54,661 bases of DNA from Phycisphaerales bacterium. Lineage in GTDB: Bacteria; Planctomycetota; Phycisphaerae; UBA1845. Every line of letters starts with the position of its first letter. Positions within the stretch are counted from its first letter, which is position 1. Made by a program: the position numbers and the translations under genes. Under the pieces are notes generated by a model, which did no database searches, had not been told where the DNA came from, and worked only from the letters and a program-made list of their open reading frames with translations. The stretch is from assembly GCA_030631415.1 (NCBI GenBank), contig DAOVLE010000002.1, forward strand, positions 1 to 54,661, read 5' to 3'. Shown one piece after another: positions 9,631 to 19,455 of the stretch.

Positions 9631-10002
9631 TTACGTCTGCTCCAACGGAAGAACCCGCACCCTGGATCTGGCCTCATCCACAATGACCAAGGCGCCCGCC
9701 TGCAAGAGAGGTTCAAGCTGGCCAATCGCCGCTACCACGACGGTTTCCAAGTGATCGGGCAAGACGTCCCGAGCCCGCACTTGGATCACGCTCGGCCTCT
9801 GGGCCTGGGTGCCCGCCAGGATTGCGCCGAAATCCAGGTCATGCGTGAAGACAATGCAGCCATTCTCGGCTGCCCACACCATGATCGTGCGATCAGTTGC
9901 CCTTGGGTCACCCACCTCGGACCAGTGGACCGCCTCCCAGCCGTGCCGCTCGAACACGCGGCACCATTCGGGGGACAGGTTCATATCGATGAGGAACTTC
10001 AT
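9631..10002 (-). CDS. DUF5615/PIN-like (VapC45-type) toxin
   Basis: MKFLIDMNLSP...TDRTIM.WA...THDLDFG. Overlaps the upstream DUF433 gene (ATGA). Confidence 0.88.
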   Translation of the reverse strand: MKFLIDMNLSPEWCRVFERHGWEAVHWSEVGDPRATDRTIMVWAAENGCIVFTHDLDFGAILAGTQAQRPSVIQVRARDVLPDHLETVVVAAIGQLEPLLQAGALVIVDEARSRVRVLPLEQT

Positions 10003-10229
10003 GAACTTGCGAGGGAAACCTCGATCTCTTCCGCGCGCCACGCGGCATAAGCCAGGGCTTCAAACATATCCGCTTCCTCCAGGTATGGATAGGCCTTTAG
10101 AATCTCGGCTGTGGAGCGCCCGGCGGAGAACAACCCTACGATGGTTCCGACTGTGACGCGAAGGCCGCGGATGCAAGGCTTGCCGCCCATGACCTGTGGA
10201 TCGAGTGTGATTCTCGAAAACGTGCTCAT
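9999..10229 (-). CDS. DUF433 family antitoxin
   Basis: RITLDPQVMGGKPCIRGLRVTV...EILKAYPYLE..D..EALAYA. Confidence 0.92.
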   Translation of the reverse strand: MSTFSRITLDPQVMGGKPCIRGLRVTVGTIVGLFSAGRSTAEILKAYPYLEEADMFEALAYAAWRAEEIEVSLASS

Positions 10230-10470
10230 GAAAACCATTGTAATCTCACGCGGACCACCAGGCAAGACCATCGGGCGGCCAATGCAAAGAACCGTCCCCG
10301 ATGGCTCGCAACGGGCCACGCTGGATTCGGCACCAGGAGGACCACTGCCCGGCTACTTGCGGCGCACAGTTACCTGAGTATCGTAGAGCCCGCCGGGCGG
10401 ACTGCTTCCGAGGAGGAAACCTCCAGGGGCGCCGATCGATCCGCTACGGGACTCTTTCAAGGACGACACC

Positions 10471-13400
10471 ATGGGCTCCTCATCGACCTCTCCTGAAACG
10501 TCGCCCCCGGAACTCGCCGGCGGTGGACTGACCAGCCGCATCGTCGAGGTGTTTCTTCACGGGAATCTCTCGGCCATGTTGGTCGTTCTCTCGCTGATCG
10601 CCGGTGCGGTGGCACTGTTGGTAACGCCACGCGAGGAGGAACCGCAGATCATTGTCCCAATCGCGGACGTACACATCTCCGTGCCCGGGGCATCGGCCGA
10701 GGAGGTCGAACGGCAGGTCGCCCTGCGGCTGGAGAAGATGCTTTATCAAATCGACGGCGTCGAGTACGTCTATTCCATGAGCCGCCCGCACCAAGCCGTC
10801 GTCACCGTTCGCTTCTACGTCGGTGAGGACCGCGAGGACAGCCTCGTCAAGATATACAACAAGCTCCACAGCAATGTTGATGCGATACCGCCGCAGGTGG
10901 CCGGCTGGGTGGTCAAGCCGATCGAGATCGACGACGTGCCCATCGTAGACATCACGCTCTGGAGCGACCGACACGACGACTTCACGCTCCGCCGGGTGGC
11001 CGAGGAACTGGAAAGCAGAATCCAATCCGTCCCCAACACCGGCCAGACACGTATCGTGGGCGGTCGGCCGCGGCAGGTTCGTATCGAGTTCGATGCTCAA
11101 TTGCTGGCCGGTCGGCAGGTGAGCCCCGAGCAACTGACCAACGCCCTGCGCGGCATGAACGCGGTGCTGCCCGGAGGCAATCTCGATGTAAACAACGAGT
11201 CGCTGCTTATCGAAGCGGGCGACGCCTTTGCCAATGTGGATGAGATTCGCCGGCTGGTCGTAGCCGCACCGCATGGCAACCCCGTGTATCTTGGCGATGT
11301 GGCCGAGGTCATCGATGGGCCTGCCGAGCCGCGGACCTATACGCGCATCGGGTTCGGGTCGGCTGCGGTGGACGATGAGACAATCCCGACTGATCTTCGC
11401 GATCTCGCCCGTGACTACCCGGCTGTTCACATCGCGGTGGCCAAGAAGAAGGGCACCAATGCGGTCACCGTCGCGCGTGCCGTGGAACAACGACTAAAGG
11501 AGTTGCAAGAGGACGTTCTGCCCGCGGGCGTTTACACCCGAATCACGCGCAACTACGGCGAGACCGCGAATCAGAAGGTCAACGAACTGATTGAGGGACT
11601 GGCAGTGGCCATCGTAATCGTCATTGCCCTCCTTGCGCTGACGCTTGGTTGGCGTGAGGGGCTGATCATCGCCACCGCCGTGCCGATCACATTCGCGCTG
11701 ACGCTGCTGGTTAACTATCTCGCCGGGTACACGATCAACCGCGTCACGCTCTTTGCATTGATTCTGGCGCTGGGCCTGGTCGTGGATGATCCGATCGTGG
11801 ACGTGGAGAACATCTACCGGCACCTTCGGCTTGGCCGACAGAAGCCGCTGCAGGCCGTGCTCACCGCGGTAAACGAGGTGCGCCCGCCGATCATCCTGGC
11901 CACTCTCGCGGTGATTATCAGCTTCATCCCGCTGTTCTTCATCACGGGCATGATGGGTCCCTACATGCGCCCGATGGCCCTCAACGTGCCGCTGGCCATG
12001 CTGATGAGCCTCGTGGTCGCGTTCACCATCACGCCCTGGATGAGCTATCACGTTCTGAAAGGGGAACACAAGCCAAAGCCCGATTCAGAGATCGAGGGAT
12101 CGGCGCCGGACATGGACGCGGTCGTGCGATCCTCGCTGATCTACCGCGTCTACCAAACGGTGCTGGAGCCGTTTTTTCGGAGCCGCTCTGCCCGGTGGTC
12201 GTTACTTGCGGTCATGGTGGTGCTCTTCGGCTTCAGCGGGTGGTTGGCCGCCAGCCGCCGGGTGCCGCTCAAGATGCTCCCGTTTGACAACAAGGACGAG
12301 TTCCAGGTCGTCGTCGATATGCCCGAAGGCACCACCCTGGAGACCACCGAGTCCGTCACCGCGGAACTGGCGTCGTACCTTCGCGGCGTGCCCGAAGTGA
12401 CGGACGTCACCACGTTCGTCGGAACGTCGAGCCCGATGGACTTCAATGGCATGGTTCGCCACTACTACCTGCGCCGTGGGCCGAACGTGGCTGACATCCG
12501 TGTGAACCTCGTACACAAACACGACCGCGTGCAGCAGAGCCACGGCTTGACACTACGCCTGCGAAATGACTTGACGCAGATCGCCGCCCGCGGCGGCGCC
12601 AATATCAAGCTGGTGGAGATGCCCCCAGGCCCACCGGTCATCGCCACGATCACCGCTGAGGTTTACGGTCAGCCCTATCACACGTATGAGGAAATCACCG
12701 AAGCGGCACGATGGGTCCGGGAGCGGTTGGAGGTCGAGCCGGCGGTTGTGGACGTGGACGACACGATCGAAGCCGATCAGACCCGGCTGCGATTCGTGCT
12801 CGACAAAGAGAAGGCGTCGCTCTCGGGCATCACGGGTGAGCAGGTCGCCGCGCTCATTCGGACCGCAATCGAGGGCAGCCAGGTCTCGGTTCTTAAGGTT
12901 CCCGGTGAAGTGAACCCACTGCCGATCGTCCTTCAGTTGCCCAAGAGTCGGCGAAGCCACGAGGAGAGCATCGAAAACCTCTACGCCGTCGGGAGTGGAG
13001 GTCATCCCGTCCCGCTGGCGGAGATAGGGCACGTCGAGCGAGGCGTGTGGGGCAAGACGATCTACCACAAGAACCTGCGGCGTGTGGTCTACGTGTTCGC
13101 GGAGACGGCGGGGCGTGCGCCCGCCGAAGCCATTCTCGACATCCAGACCGACCGAACCGAATGGGTGGCATGGCCACGTCCGCGTGGCCATGAAGGGCTG
13201 CGCGATGTGGAGCATGCCAACCCCCACCCGCTGGTCGCCCGACCGCTCGAGGCGCGGACCTATCTGAACAACGGCGGGGGCGTGGCGTGGTCGATCCCGG
13301 CGGGGTTCGAAGTGGATTGGGCCGGCGAGGGTGAATGGAATATCACGATCGACGTGATGCGAGACCTGGGACTTGCATTTGCGGCGGCCTGCCTGGGCAT

Positions 13401-13881
13401 CTACGTGCTGCTGGTCTATGAAACAAAGAGCTACCTCATGCCGCTGATCCTGATGATCTCGATTCCGTTGACGATCATCGGGATCATGCCGGGCTTCTGG
13501 CTGCTCAACGCCCTGACGGCAGAGACCATCGGTTCCTGGCAGAATCCGGTTTTCTTCACCGCCACGGCGATGATCGGGATGATCGCTTTGTCGGGAATCG
13601 CGGTGCGAAACGCGATCCTGCTGATCGAATTCGTTCACAAGGCCACGGAAGCCGGGCAGTCGCTCAAGGAAGCACTGCTGGCCAGTGGTGCCGTTCGGCT
13701 ACGTCCGATCTTCCTCACCGCGGGCACAGCCATGCTCGCTGCCTGGCCGATCACGCTCGACCCGATCTTCAGCGGGTTGGCCTGGGCACTGATCTTCGGC
13801 CTGTTCGTCTCCACGGTTTTCACGCTGGTGGTGATCCCGGTGGTGTATTATATGGTCTACGGCCGGCGTGCGACGGAGTGA
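10471..13881 (+). CDS. RND efflux permease (AcrB/AcrD/AcrF family)
   Basis: 1136 aa with PREEEPQI, GLVVDDPIVDVENI, RNAILLIEF and RLRPIFLT. Confidence 0.95.
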   Translation: MGSSSTSPETSPPELAGGGLTSRIVEVFLHGNLSAMLVVLSLIAGAVALLVTPREEEPQIIVPIADVHISVPGASAEEVERQVALRLEKMLYQIDGVEYVYSMSRPHQAVVTVRFYVGEDREDSLVKIYNKLHSNVDAIPPQVAGWVVKPIEIDDVPIVDITLWSDRHDDFTLRRVAEELESRIQSVPNTGQTRIVGGRPRQVRIEFDAQLLAGRQVSPEQLTNALRGMNAVLPGGNLDVNNESLLIEAGDAFANVDEIRRLVVAAPHGNPVYLGDVAEVIDGPAEPRTYTRIGFGSAAVDDETIPTDLRDLARDYPAVHIAVAKKKGTNAVTVARAVEQRLKELQEDVLPAGVYTRITRNYGETANQKVNELIEGLAVAIVIVIALLALTLGWREGLIIATAVPITFALTLLVNYLAGYTINRVTLFALILALGLVVDDPIVDVENIYRHLRLGRQKPLQAVLTAVNEVRPPIILATLAVIISFIPLFFITGMMGPYMRPMALNVPLAMLMSLVVAFTITPWMSYHVLKGEHKPKPDSEIEGSAPDMDAVVRSSLIYRVYQTVLEPFFRSRSARWSLLAVMVVLFGFSGWLAASRRVPLKMLPFDNKDEFQVVVDMPEGTTLETTESVTAELASYLRGVPEVTDVTTFVGTSSPMDFNGMVRHYYLRRGPNVADIRVNLVHKHDRVQQSHGLTLRLRNDLTQIAARGGANIKLVEMPPGPPVIATITAEVYGQPYHTYEEITEAARWVRERLEVEPAVVDVDDTIEADQTRLRFVLDKEKASLSGITGEQVAALIRTAIEGSQVSVLKVPGEVNPLPIVLQLPKSRRSHEESIENLYAVGSGGHPVPLAEIGHVERGVWGKTIYHKNLRRVVYVFAETAGRAPAEAILDIQTDRTEWVAWPRPRGHEGLRDVEHANPHPLVARPLEARTYLNNGGGVAWSIPAGFEVDWAGEGEWNITIDVMRDLGLAFAAACLGIYVLLVYETKSYLMPLILMISIPLTIIGIMPGFWLLNALTAETIGSWQNPVFFTATAMIGMIALSGIAVRNAILLIEFVHKATEAGQSLKEALLASGAVRLRPIFLTAGTAMLAAWPITLDPIFSGLAWALIFGLFVSTVFTLVVIPVVYYMVYGRRATE

Positions 13882-14024
13882 ATCGGGGAACTGCCCTCAC
13901 CCGGAAACCAACTCTGCGGTTCTGAATGGGCGAGGCTCCCCTCCAGGCGGTTCGCCGGGGGCCTGCACATCCGGCTTGACGAAGCCGTCGACCGCGCGGT
14001 AGACTAATAATAGAGGTATCAATC

Positions 14025-14249
14025 ATGGGGCGAACCATCAACGCGATTTACGAAGCTGGCGTATTACGACCGCTCCAATCCTTGGATGGTATCGCGGAAC
14101 ACGCCCAGGTCAGACTGACCATCGAGAACGTGGAGCCGGCGGGCAACAGCCTGATGGACTGTATCGGCATCTTGCCCGATGAAGATGCGGAGGAGATACG
14201 CCGAGTTGTCGAGAGCGAGTTTGAGCAGGTGAACCCGAATGAGTGGTAG
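14025..14249 (+). CDS. DUF104/AF2212-like antitoxin
   Basis: INAIYEAGVLRPL motif, 74 aa, overlapping the PIN gene. Confidence 0.85.
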   Translation: MGRTINAIYEAGVLRPLQSLDGIAEHAQVRLTIENVEPAGNSLMDCIGILPDEDAEEIRRVVESEFEQVNPNEW

Positions 14250-14631
14250 CGAGATCGCGCTCGACACAAACGAAGCCATCGCCGTCTTGAATAACGCCGG
14301 TGATACTGGGCGTTGGGTCGCTGCTTTTGCGGTCGTTTATCTCCCGGTTCCCGTCGTCGGGGAACTGTGTTTCGGGGCGCTGAATTCGCGCCGGGCGAAT
14401 GAGAATCGCGCGCGTATCGAGGCATTGGTGAAACGATGCCGGGTGCTTGATGTGAACGTGACGACGGCAGAGGTGTACGCCGACGTCCGCCTGCGGTTGA
14501 AACAGGCGGGCAAGCCCATCCCGGAAAACGACGTGTGGATCGCCGCCCTGTGCATCCAGCACGGCTTGCCATTGGCAACATCGGACGAACACTTCGTACA
14601 CGTGGACAGCCTCGAAACCGTCAGACGGTAG
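14239..14631 (+). CDS. vapC: VapC-type PIN-domain toxin
   Basis: ALDTN, GEL.FGA, GKPIPENDVWIAA, LATSDEHF. Confidence 0.92.
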   Translation: MSGSEIALDTNEAIAVLNNAGDTGRWVAAFAVVYLPVPVVGELCFGALNSRRANENRARIEALVKRCRVLDVNVTTAEVYADVRLRLKQAGKPIPENDVWIAALCIQHGLPLATSDEHFVHVDSLETVRR

Positions 14632-14675
14632 ACAGTCGAGCAAGTCTGTTGTGAGGCCACGGCTGGTCGGGTATC

Positions 14676-14828
14676 GCCATGCTCACCGCTTGGCCGATCA
14701 CGCTTGATCCGATCTTCAGCGGCCTGGCCTGGGTCCTGATCTTCGGCCTTTTTGTTTCCACCGTCTTCACGCTGGTGGTGATCCCGGTGGTCTATTACAT
14801 GGTCTATGGCCGACGTGCGACATCGTAA
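14676..14828 (+). pseudogene. Diverged duplicate of the last 153 bp of the RND permease gene (13729-13881)
   Basis: Codon-by-codon collinear (AMLTAWPITLDPIFSGLAWVLIFGLFVSTVFTLVVIPVVYYMVYGRRATS*), with mostly synonymous differences. Confidence 0.9.
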
Positions 14829-14837
14829 GCCGTAGAA

Positions 14838-14891
14838 AGTAGGGTGGGCATGGCCCACCACGAGAAGGATGGTGAGCAATGCTCACCCTAC
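14838..14891. repeat. GTAG REP doublet
   Basis: GTAGGGTGGGCATGGCCCACC...GGTGAGCAATGCTCACCCTAC. Confidence 0.75.
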
Positions 14892-14972
14892 GCGCTCCTG
14901 GTTGAACACGAGCAAACGCGCGTTTGGTGGCGCTGCCCATTGGCACAGGGCCGGTTTTGCCCCAGGCACCGC

Positions 14973-15830
14973 TCAAGCAAGCTGATCCGAAATATACCCG
15001 AGGGACGTGTCAAAATCAAGTTCCCACAAGTCATTGACGTAACTTGCTGCCCCATCAAGGTCGGGGAATAGGCTCATCCGGTTGATGTTCATCTTGTTCA
15101 GGAACTTCAGGCAATCGGTTCTATCCTTGTTCCCGATGATGATCTTTTGCAGGATTGCTCGGGCGTGAAAATTCTCCTCCGACGCCGTGTCGTCCCGAAA
15201 ATGCTCGTGTATATACGACTCCAGATCACTGTCCTCGGGCATTCTCAGAAACAAGGCTGCCTGATTAATCAGGCGATAACTGGTCTCGCCCCTCGGTGAA
15301 AACGGGAGAGGCGCAGGGTCACCCTCCTTAGCCTTCTCGGCAATACAGCTTGAGGAAAGAACATAGACAGCTCTATACTCCGGCTCACGCCATGTTCCAG
15401 AAGAAGGATCAATGCACTTCTTGCACTCGAAGGCGAAGAATAGGGCAACAAAAGGGGAGTATGTCCAATCCAACATCGGTGTCGCTAAACCGTGATGCTG
15501 TGCTAGCGCCCACCATTCGTCCTCGGACAGTTCCGGTGGATTCTGGCCCCGTTTGCCGCGAACGGCGTCTTTGAACGCACGAAGATGAGTCTCTCGGGAT
15601 ACCGGCGTGCAGTCGAAGTCATCGGGAATCCCGCCGCTATAGTTCCGTTTAGAGGGGAATCGGTGTTCTAAGCGATCCAATGTTGATTCGACTTTCCAGT
15701 CAGAATGTGCTTGACCACGATAGATCAAGGCTGGACAATTTGAATGATGTTCGACTATGAAATCGGCGAATTCCTTCCAGGAGCTTAGCTTGTGTTCGAT
15801 TACACCTTTCTCTACTTTAGCACTACACAT
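14973..15830 (-). CDS. FRG domain protein
   Basis: IYRGQ, LAQHHGLATPMLDWTYSPFVALFFA, RLINQ, SLFPDLDG. Confidence 0.92.
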   Translation of the reverse strand: MCSAKVEKGVIEHKLSSWKEFADFIVEHHSNCPALIYRGQAHSDWKVESTLDRLEHRFPSKRNYSGGIPDDFDCTPVSRETHLRAFKDAVRGKRGQNPPELSEDEWWALAQHHGLATPMLDWTYSPFVALFFAFECKKCIDPSSGTWREPEYRAVYVLSSSCIAEKAKEGDPAPLPFSPRGETSYRLINQAALFLRMPEDSDLESYIHEHFRDDTASEENFHARAILQKIIIGNKDRTDCLKFLNKMNINRMSLFPDLDGAASYVNDLWELDFDTSLGYISDQLA

Positions 15831-15851
15831 TCAGCCACCATGCCTCTTCGT

Positions 15852-15920
15852 CTAGGCCCGTTTCGCCCCGCCACAGGCCATACACTGTCGGACTTCTTGC
15901 AGGATGCATTCAGGCGGCAC
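15852..15920 (-). pseudogene. Possible 5' stub of a HEPN partner gene
   Basis: A GTG overlapping the MNT stop reads MPPECILQEVRQ, resembling a HEPN N-terminus, then stops after 22 aa. Confidence 0.35.
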
Positions 15921-16230
15921 TGTCGTACAGCACCTTGCCATCCAGCCACGCCGGGCGCGCGATCGTGCCCGGTATGTGGTGATCCATCTCGAACTCATCA
16001 GGTGTCAGCACGATGATATCTCGGGCGATGCCGAGCCCCTTGAGGGCGCGATCCATCGCCACCATCAGATGGCGCCTTTTGCCATCCACCGCACAGATGA
16101 CCAGCAGATCGACGTCGCTACGATCATCAGCCGTGCCACGCGCCTGCGAACCGAACAGGATGATCCGTGTGGGCTTAAACGACTCCACCAGTCGCCTCGT
16201 GGCTTCCTGCAAAACGTGCTGGGCTACCAT
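15910..16230 (-). CDS. Minimal nucleotidyltransferase (MNT antitoxin-like)
   Basis: IILFGSQARG...SDVDLLVI...RDIIVLTPDE...GKVLY. Confidence 0.9.
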   Translation of the reverse strand: MVAQHVLQEATRRLVESFKPTRIILFGSQARGTADDRSDVDLLVICAVDGKRRHLMVAMDRALKGLGIARDIIVLTPDEFEMDHHIPGTIARPAWLDGKVLYDSAA

Positions 16231-16442
16231 CACAACCTCTCTACTATCCCCCCAAAAAACGCTGGTATCAGCGAAACAAACGCATGATACCACGGGTTTA
16301 CTGAATGTATACCTGGCGGTATCCAGGGCCCTTTATCTTTGTCTCTTGTCAACATACCATGGTGTTGTCTAGTGGCAAAGGCGGGTGGAACCCGCCCTAC
16401 TGAGGGATACGCTGAATGGCGCCTGGTAATGGGGGCTGACAA

Positions 16443-17159
16443 TTGGACGAGACTACAATCACAACGTTGGCCGGCACGGCGGTTTTGCTCGGTTTCTTTC
16501 ACACGCTGTTTGGCCCGGATCACTATTTGCCGTTTGTGGCCATGTCGCGTATCGGCCGATGGTCGCTGCCGAAGACGGTGGTGATCACCCTGGTCTGCGG
16601 CGTGGGGCATGTGGGCAGTTCGGTGGTTTTGGGTTTGTTGGGGATCGCCCTGGGCACGGCGCTGATCCAACTGGAATGGTTCGAGGGTTTGCGTGGCAAC
16701 CTGGCGGGTTGGCTGCTGCTGGGCTTCGGGTTGGCGTATACTATCTGGGGTGTCCGCCGGGCGATCCGCAACCAACCGCACACCCATGCACACGTGCACG
16801 AGGGCGGTCTGGCACACACGCATCCCCACGGTCATGTCGCCGACCATGCCCACGTCCATACCGCCGAGGAGAAAGCGGCGTCGATGACCCCGTGGATTCT
16901 GTTCACCATTTTCGTCTTCGGGCCTTGTGAACCGCTGATCCCCCTGCTGATGTATCCGGCGGCGAAGCTGAGCCTGTGGGGTGTCGCTCTGGTGGCGCTG
17001 GTTTTTGCGGTCACCACACTCGCAACCATGACGACCATCGTGGTTGTGGTTTGCCTGGGGCTGACGAAAGCATCATTCGCACGTTTGGAGCGATACGGTC
17101 ACGTGGTTGCCGGCTTGGTGGTGACTGCCTGTGGCGCCGCCATCCAGTTGGGCTTGTGA
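16443..17159 (+). CDS. His-rich Ni/Co transporter-like membrane protein (UreH/RcnA/TauE-like)
   Basis: HTLFGPDHYLPF, GVGHV, central HxH-rich loop, GPCEPLIP. Confidence 0.8.
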   Translation: MDETTITTLAGTAVLLGFFHTLFGPDHYLPFVAMSRIGRWSLPKTVVITLVCGVGHVGSSVVLGLLGIALGTALIQLEWFEGLRGNLAGWLLLGFGLAYTIWGVRRAIRNQPHTHAHVHEGGLAHTHPHGHVADHAHVHTAEEKAASMTPWILFTIFVFGPCEPLIPLLMYPAAKLSLWGVALVALVFAVTTLATMTTIVVVVCLGLTKASFARLERYGHVVAGLVVTACGAAIQLGL

Positions 17160-17196
17160 GCTTCAAGATTGGCTGGGTGGAACCCGCCCTACTTCG

Positions 17197-18165
17197 CTAA
17201 CCCGCCACTACCATCAACTCCGCTTTGTCGGAGTGGTTGGGTGCGGATGAGGTGATCAGCAGCTTGTCCAGCAGGCCCACCAACTTGCCTATCTGCGGCT
17301 TGGTGATGGCGGCATCGGCGCCCACCACCTCACACTTCTTCAGATTCGTGTCGCTTACCAGCGAACTGAACACCACGACCGGCAACTCACGGAGTCGCGG
17401 GTGCTCCTTGATCCGTTTGCACAAGTGCAGCCCGTCCATCTGAGGCATCTCGATGTCGGTGACCACCAGCGAGAACGGATCGGTGTCTTCCGATGCCACT
17501 GAAGCCTCCAACGCCGACCAGGCTTCGCTCCCGTTCCCAAAGGCGACCACCTGTGTGTAGCCGGCCTGGATCAGATTGGACTTGATGACGCCGCAAATGG
17601 TGGGGGAGTCCTCAGCCAAAAGCACCCGCTGAGCACCTCGCTGGGCTGGGTCGGCACCGGCAAAACCGTCCACAGAGCGGAAGAGGTCCTGGTCCCCGCT
17701 GAGGTCAAACGCAATCTTCTCGAAGTCGATCATTAACGCCAGCCCCCCTTCAACCTCGCATACCGAGGTTATGGTGGCGTTGTCGTCACCGTGGGTCATG
17801 GGCATGGGCTTCACATTCCCCCAACTCATGCGGAAGATGCGATCCACATCATCCACCAGGAATCCCACCTGGCAATTGTTGAACTCCATGAGAATCACAT
17901 TGCGCTGGGCGGCGGTGGACGGGGCTTCGGGCTCAAAGTAGAGCTGCAGGTCCACCAGCGGAATGACCAAATTGCGAAGCTTGAAAACGCCGATCACCGC
18001 CGGGTGGGTCATCGGAACGTCCACCACCTTTACCTGCCCGATAACCTCACGCACTTTGGCAACGTTAACGCCATAGCGGGTCGGCCCACACGAAAATACC
18101 AGTATCTCCAGTTCGTTGGTGCCTGATTCCAGCAGGATTTCCTGCTTTTCGCCGGATTGATTCAC
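17197..18165 (-). CDS. cheV: Chemotaxis protein CheV (CheW + receiver)
   Basis: ILLESGTNELEI, YGVNVAKVREV, AEDS, TDIEMPQMDG, FSSL. Confidence 0.93.
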   Translation of the reverse strand: MNQSGEKQEILLESGTNELEILVFSCGPTRYGVNVAKVREVIGQVKVVDVPMTHPAVIGVFKLRNLVIPLVDLQLYFEPEAPSTAAQRNVILMEFNNCQVGFLVDDVDRIFRMSWGNVKPMPMTHGDDNATITSVCEVEGGLALMIDFEKIAFDLSGDQDLFRSVDGFAGADPAQRGAQRVLLAEDSPTICGVIKSNLIQAGYTQVVAFGNGSEAWSALEASVASEDTDPFSLVVTDIEMPQMDGLHLCKRIKEHPRLRELPVVVFSSLVSDTNLKKCEVVGADAAITKPQIGKLVGLLDKLLITSSAPNHSDKAELMVVAG

Positions 18166-18263
18166 ATGCTGTCTCCCATATCCGAACCACGTGCACCTCT
18201 CGCAGCCCTCCGTGAGGCTCTATCGACAGGAACACGCCCTGTTTTTAGAAGGGGCGTGAAAAG

Positions 18264-18316
18264 CTATCAGCTTTCAGCTTTCAGCAATCAGGATGTAGGG
18301 CGGGTTTCACCCGCCT
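18264..18316. repeat. Heptamer TCAGCTT-type tandem repeat followed by a GTAG REP
   Basis: CTATCAGCTTTCAGCTTTCAGC, then GTAGGGCGGGTTTCACCCGCC. Confidence 0.65.
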
Positions 18317-18420
18317 TTGTCGCTGGACAAAGGCGGGTTTTTTTGGAGAATACGGGGTCTGTGGAGTCCCGGAGTGGACGCGGAACGAAGGAAACCTGAT
18401 GCACCGCGGGGCAAAATGTC

Positions 18421-19455
18421 GTGAGTTCACGTAAGTTGGTTCTTTATGTCGTATTGCTTGGGGCGTCCCAACCCGTCGGGGCGGATGCCTTTGCTCAGGA
18501 TAAAATGCAGCTTAGGGCGATTGTCTCGACTACCGCCCGGCATGTTCCCGTGGGGCAGCCGATCTGGGTCGATTTCACGATTCAGAATCTTTCAGCCCAA
18601 ACTGTTTCACTCACCGTTCCGGGCACGCAGAGTCAGCGCACCACCGGGGCGATGGGGCTTCCCCTATCGCACGTTTTCAGCGGCAGAGCCTTTGCGGGGC
18701 TGACCATCGAAGGGCAGCGCGGGCAACGCTGGGATGTGGCGGTGGATTATCAGCCTCCCGGCACCACCGAACTCGTCGAAATCGCACCACACGGCAGTGT
18801 CGGCGTTTCCCTGAACGTCGCCAAGTATTATCCCGCCTTGCAGGCCACCGGGCGGTATCGAATGCACTGGGAGCCTTACGGGGGGAAGCTTTGCTCCAAC
18901 GAGATCGTAATTGAGGTGGCTCCGCGCAAGCAGGTGACCCTGCTGACCGACCAGGGCGAGATGACCATCAAGCTTTTCTACGACAAAGCACCAGGCCATG
19001 TGGAGAATTTTTTGGGGCTGGCATCGAGTGGGTTCTACGATAACCTGACCTTTCACAAGGTTTGGCCTGGGACGTTCATTCAGGGTGGTTGCTCGCTCGG
19101 CAACGGGACCGGGATTCGTAGCGACGGCAAGAAGCTGGTGGCAGAGTTTCACGACATGCCTCAGGATCGCGGGGCGGTGAACATGGCACGGCTGGAGAGC
19201 GACCCGGATTCCGCCAGTTGCCAGTTCTTCATCGTCAATACCCGCATTCCCGAATGGGACGGGCGGTACACAATGTTTGGCCACCTGATCGGCGACTCTT
19301 CCTATGAGACGCTGGACAAGTTGATGGCGGTTCCAGTGGACGATCAGGGCAGACCTCGCAAGCGTGTATACATCCGCGGACTGCGGATCGAAAACGCCCG
19401 CAGTGAGGAACCACCGCCCACCATGCTGCTGAACAGCACCGGTCCACAGCATTAG
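18421..19455 (+). CDS. Secreted cyclophilin-type peptidylprolyl isomerase with N-terminal beta domain
   Basis: Signal peptide, APGHVENF, GFYDNLTFH, IQGG, MAR..DPDSASCQFFI, DGRYTMFG. Confidence 0.9.
   Translation: MSSRKLVLYVVLLGASQPVGADAFAQDKMQLRAIVSTTARHVPVGQPIWVDFTIQNLSAQTVSLTVPGTQSQRTTGAMGLPLSHVFSGRAFAGLTIEGQRGQRWDVAVDYQPPGTTELVEIAPHGSVGVSLNVAKYYPALQATGRYRMHWEPYGGKLCSNEIVIEVAPRKQVTLLTDQGEMTIKLFYDKAPGHVENFLGLASSGFYDNLTFHKVWPGTFIQGGCSLGNGTGIRSDGKKLVAEFHDMPQDRGAVNMARLESDPDSASCQFFIVNTRIPEWDGRYTMFGHLIGDSSYETLDKLMAVPVDDQGRPRKRVYIRGLRIENARSEEPPPTMLLNSTGPQH

Noticed and set aside
13729-14828. Repeat pair as a DGR template/variable region
   Set aside because: Differences are mostly third-position and not adenine-specific, and there is no reverse transcriptase in the window.
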